Assembly: GCA_965637545.1 (NCBI GenBank)
Contig: OZ281494.1
Location: 30,752,001 to 30,816,000, forward strand
From: Phallusia mammillata
Taxonomy: Eukaryota
Direction of reading: 5' to 3'
Length of the DNA: 64,000 nucleotides
Below the pieces are notes generated by a model. That model was not told the DNA's origin. It did not search any database and saw only the letters and a list, made by a program, of their open reading frames with translations. Shown here piece by piece: positions 62,550 through 64,000 of this stretch. A program made the translations under genes and the position numbers. Numbering within the stretch: the first letter of the stretch is position 1; each line of letters begins with the position of its first letter.

Positions 62550-63751
62550 GTAAGATTGATTAAATTACAGCGTACCGGTTCTTAGCCCCAAGGGTCGTTC
62601 AGCAGGGAGATCAATATATGCTTTGCAAGCCTGCCTACGTGCGTTGGCTGTAAGGACCTGCAAAAATAATCAAACCCACAGTTTTGGGACAGTGTTCAGT
62701 GGCCGCCAAGGCACATTAGGTCGTGAAGTAAGTGTGTATACTATCAAGGATGTGGTAATAAGGTGAATTGCATGCTTGAGTACGTAAACACAAAACACGC
62801 TATCGTTTTTGAGGTAAAATATATCCTATTTGCAGCTGTGCAAACTTCGGTTTCGTTTCATTTCCTGTTTAAACATTTTTCATGACTATTTAATGTTTGA
62901 AGTTTTAGAACTATAGTCTTTCTTAAAGTAGTCCTCACGGATTAGTGCTTGCCCCATGGGAGATACGTTGCTATATTCGCCTATATGACAAACGAGTTCT
63001 AACAATTCCCATTGGAGTGACAAGGCACCAGCATGAACCTTGTTGATGTTTGATAGTGGGTGGAAAATACTAACGTACCAGGCCAGGCGCTGTTGATATT
63101 TTACACTAACTCTAAAGAAACTATGGAGTAAAACCAAACTTCTGATGTATCTTTCACCCGCAACACCTGTTTGTGTGAATTTTGATTTAGAATAGCTGTA
63201 ACGACATGTAATATGTCGTTTATAAGTTCCTATTTTAACTTCGAATCTTGTTTTGCGGTGAGGTTTAACTGCTGTAATAGCGTGTGATTTGCCACGGAGG
63301 CGTACAACTGACTATTAAATGTAAAATGTCCCGTTTGCATCGTATTAACAAGGCTCGTAAACCACATGATTTTTATTACCCTTATACATCTGCAGCATTT
63401 TGTATGTGTTAAATATGCGTTTGGTTATAACTTACAAGATATTAATAACAATACAAAGCCTTATGCGGATAAATTTCATGACGTCATGGCACTCAGTTCA
63501 CTGTTTCCGGTCGTCGTGTAGACTCCTTCCTTTTGTTTGTATTCATTACGTAGGAGGAAGGTTCCAGATCGGTTGGCTGCCCAATACAAATATATGATTG
63601 GCTTACCGGACAGGACATTACCTGTCACTGAATTATCACTTACTTGCAAGTTGAGACAGTAATGTTTTCAGCAACTTGCAGCTGAAAAGTCAAAAACGTT
63701 TCATGACATCAATATAAATCGTTTTTAAAAAATAAATTCATTTTGTGCAAT

Positions 63752-63927
63752 ATAGCTTTAATTTGCGTTTTTTGGGGAAATCGCTTAAAACCTGTATTTT
63801 AATAAAATTCCGGTGGTTTTTGGAAAGTGTCCATTGGACATTACCGATAAATTATTTTTAAACAAAATAGCTATGATTTGCGTTTTGGGGGTTATAGCTT
63901 AAAACATGTACTTTAATAAAAATGCCT
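63752..63927. repeat. Two diverged copies of a 60-bp unit, about 116 bp apart
   Basis: ATAGCT.T.ATTTGCGTTTT..GGG.....GCTTAAAAC.TGTA.TTTAATAAAA at 63752 and 63868. Confidence 0.65.
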
Positions 63928-64000
63928 GTATTGGCACGTCATTTGTAGCTTTTATGGCCGCTGTCTAAAAATAAAACTCTTTCGCTTCATGTACAATATG

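Noticed and set aside
1-64000. CRISPR arrays, rRNA, functional tRNA genes, intact transposase or RT ORFs
   Set aside because: None seen. The only tRNA-like sequence has a disrupted anticodon arm, a poly(A) tail and a TSD, so it is called a SINE.

Overview
This is an AT-rich (about 35-36% GC by eye), gene-dense animal genomic window with spliced genes. The short GT-AG introns, gene set and vitelline-coat-type ZP gene suggest an ascidian (inference). I built exon chains by hand and checked splice phases. From left to right: GAS7 (SH3-WW-F-BAR, 15 exons), an uncharacterised Ser/Pro-rich gene with an RFX X-box upstream (10 exons), TTC36 (minus), three tandem COMT copies with intronless CDS (the middle one a chimeric pseudogene), INTS10 (14 exons), an atypical orphan class A GPCR (7 exons), JMJD6 (7 exons), a 22-exon vWA-EGF(12-13)-ZP-TM gene (minus), and one gelsolin/villin-family exon. 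Introns and intergenic DNA carry many hAT-type MITEs with 8-bp target-site duplications, two foldback elements and a tRNA-derived SINE nested in a MITE end. The main unexplained signal is a set of minimal type I hammerhead-ribozyme motifs in two small repeat families. One motif (41500-41550, minus) has a complete core with the compensatory U3-A8 swap. All calls come from reading the sequence; no database search or folding program was run.
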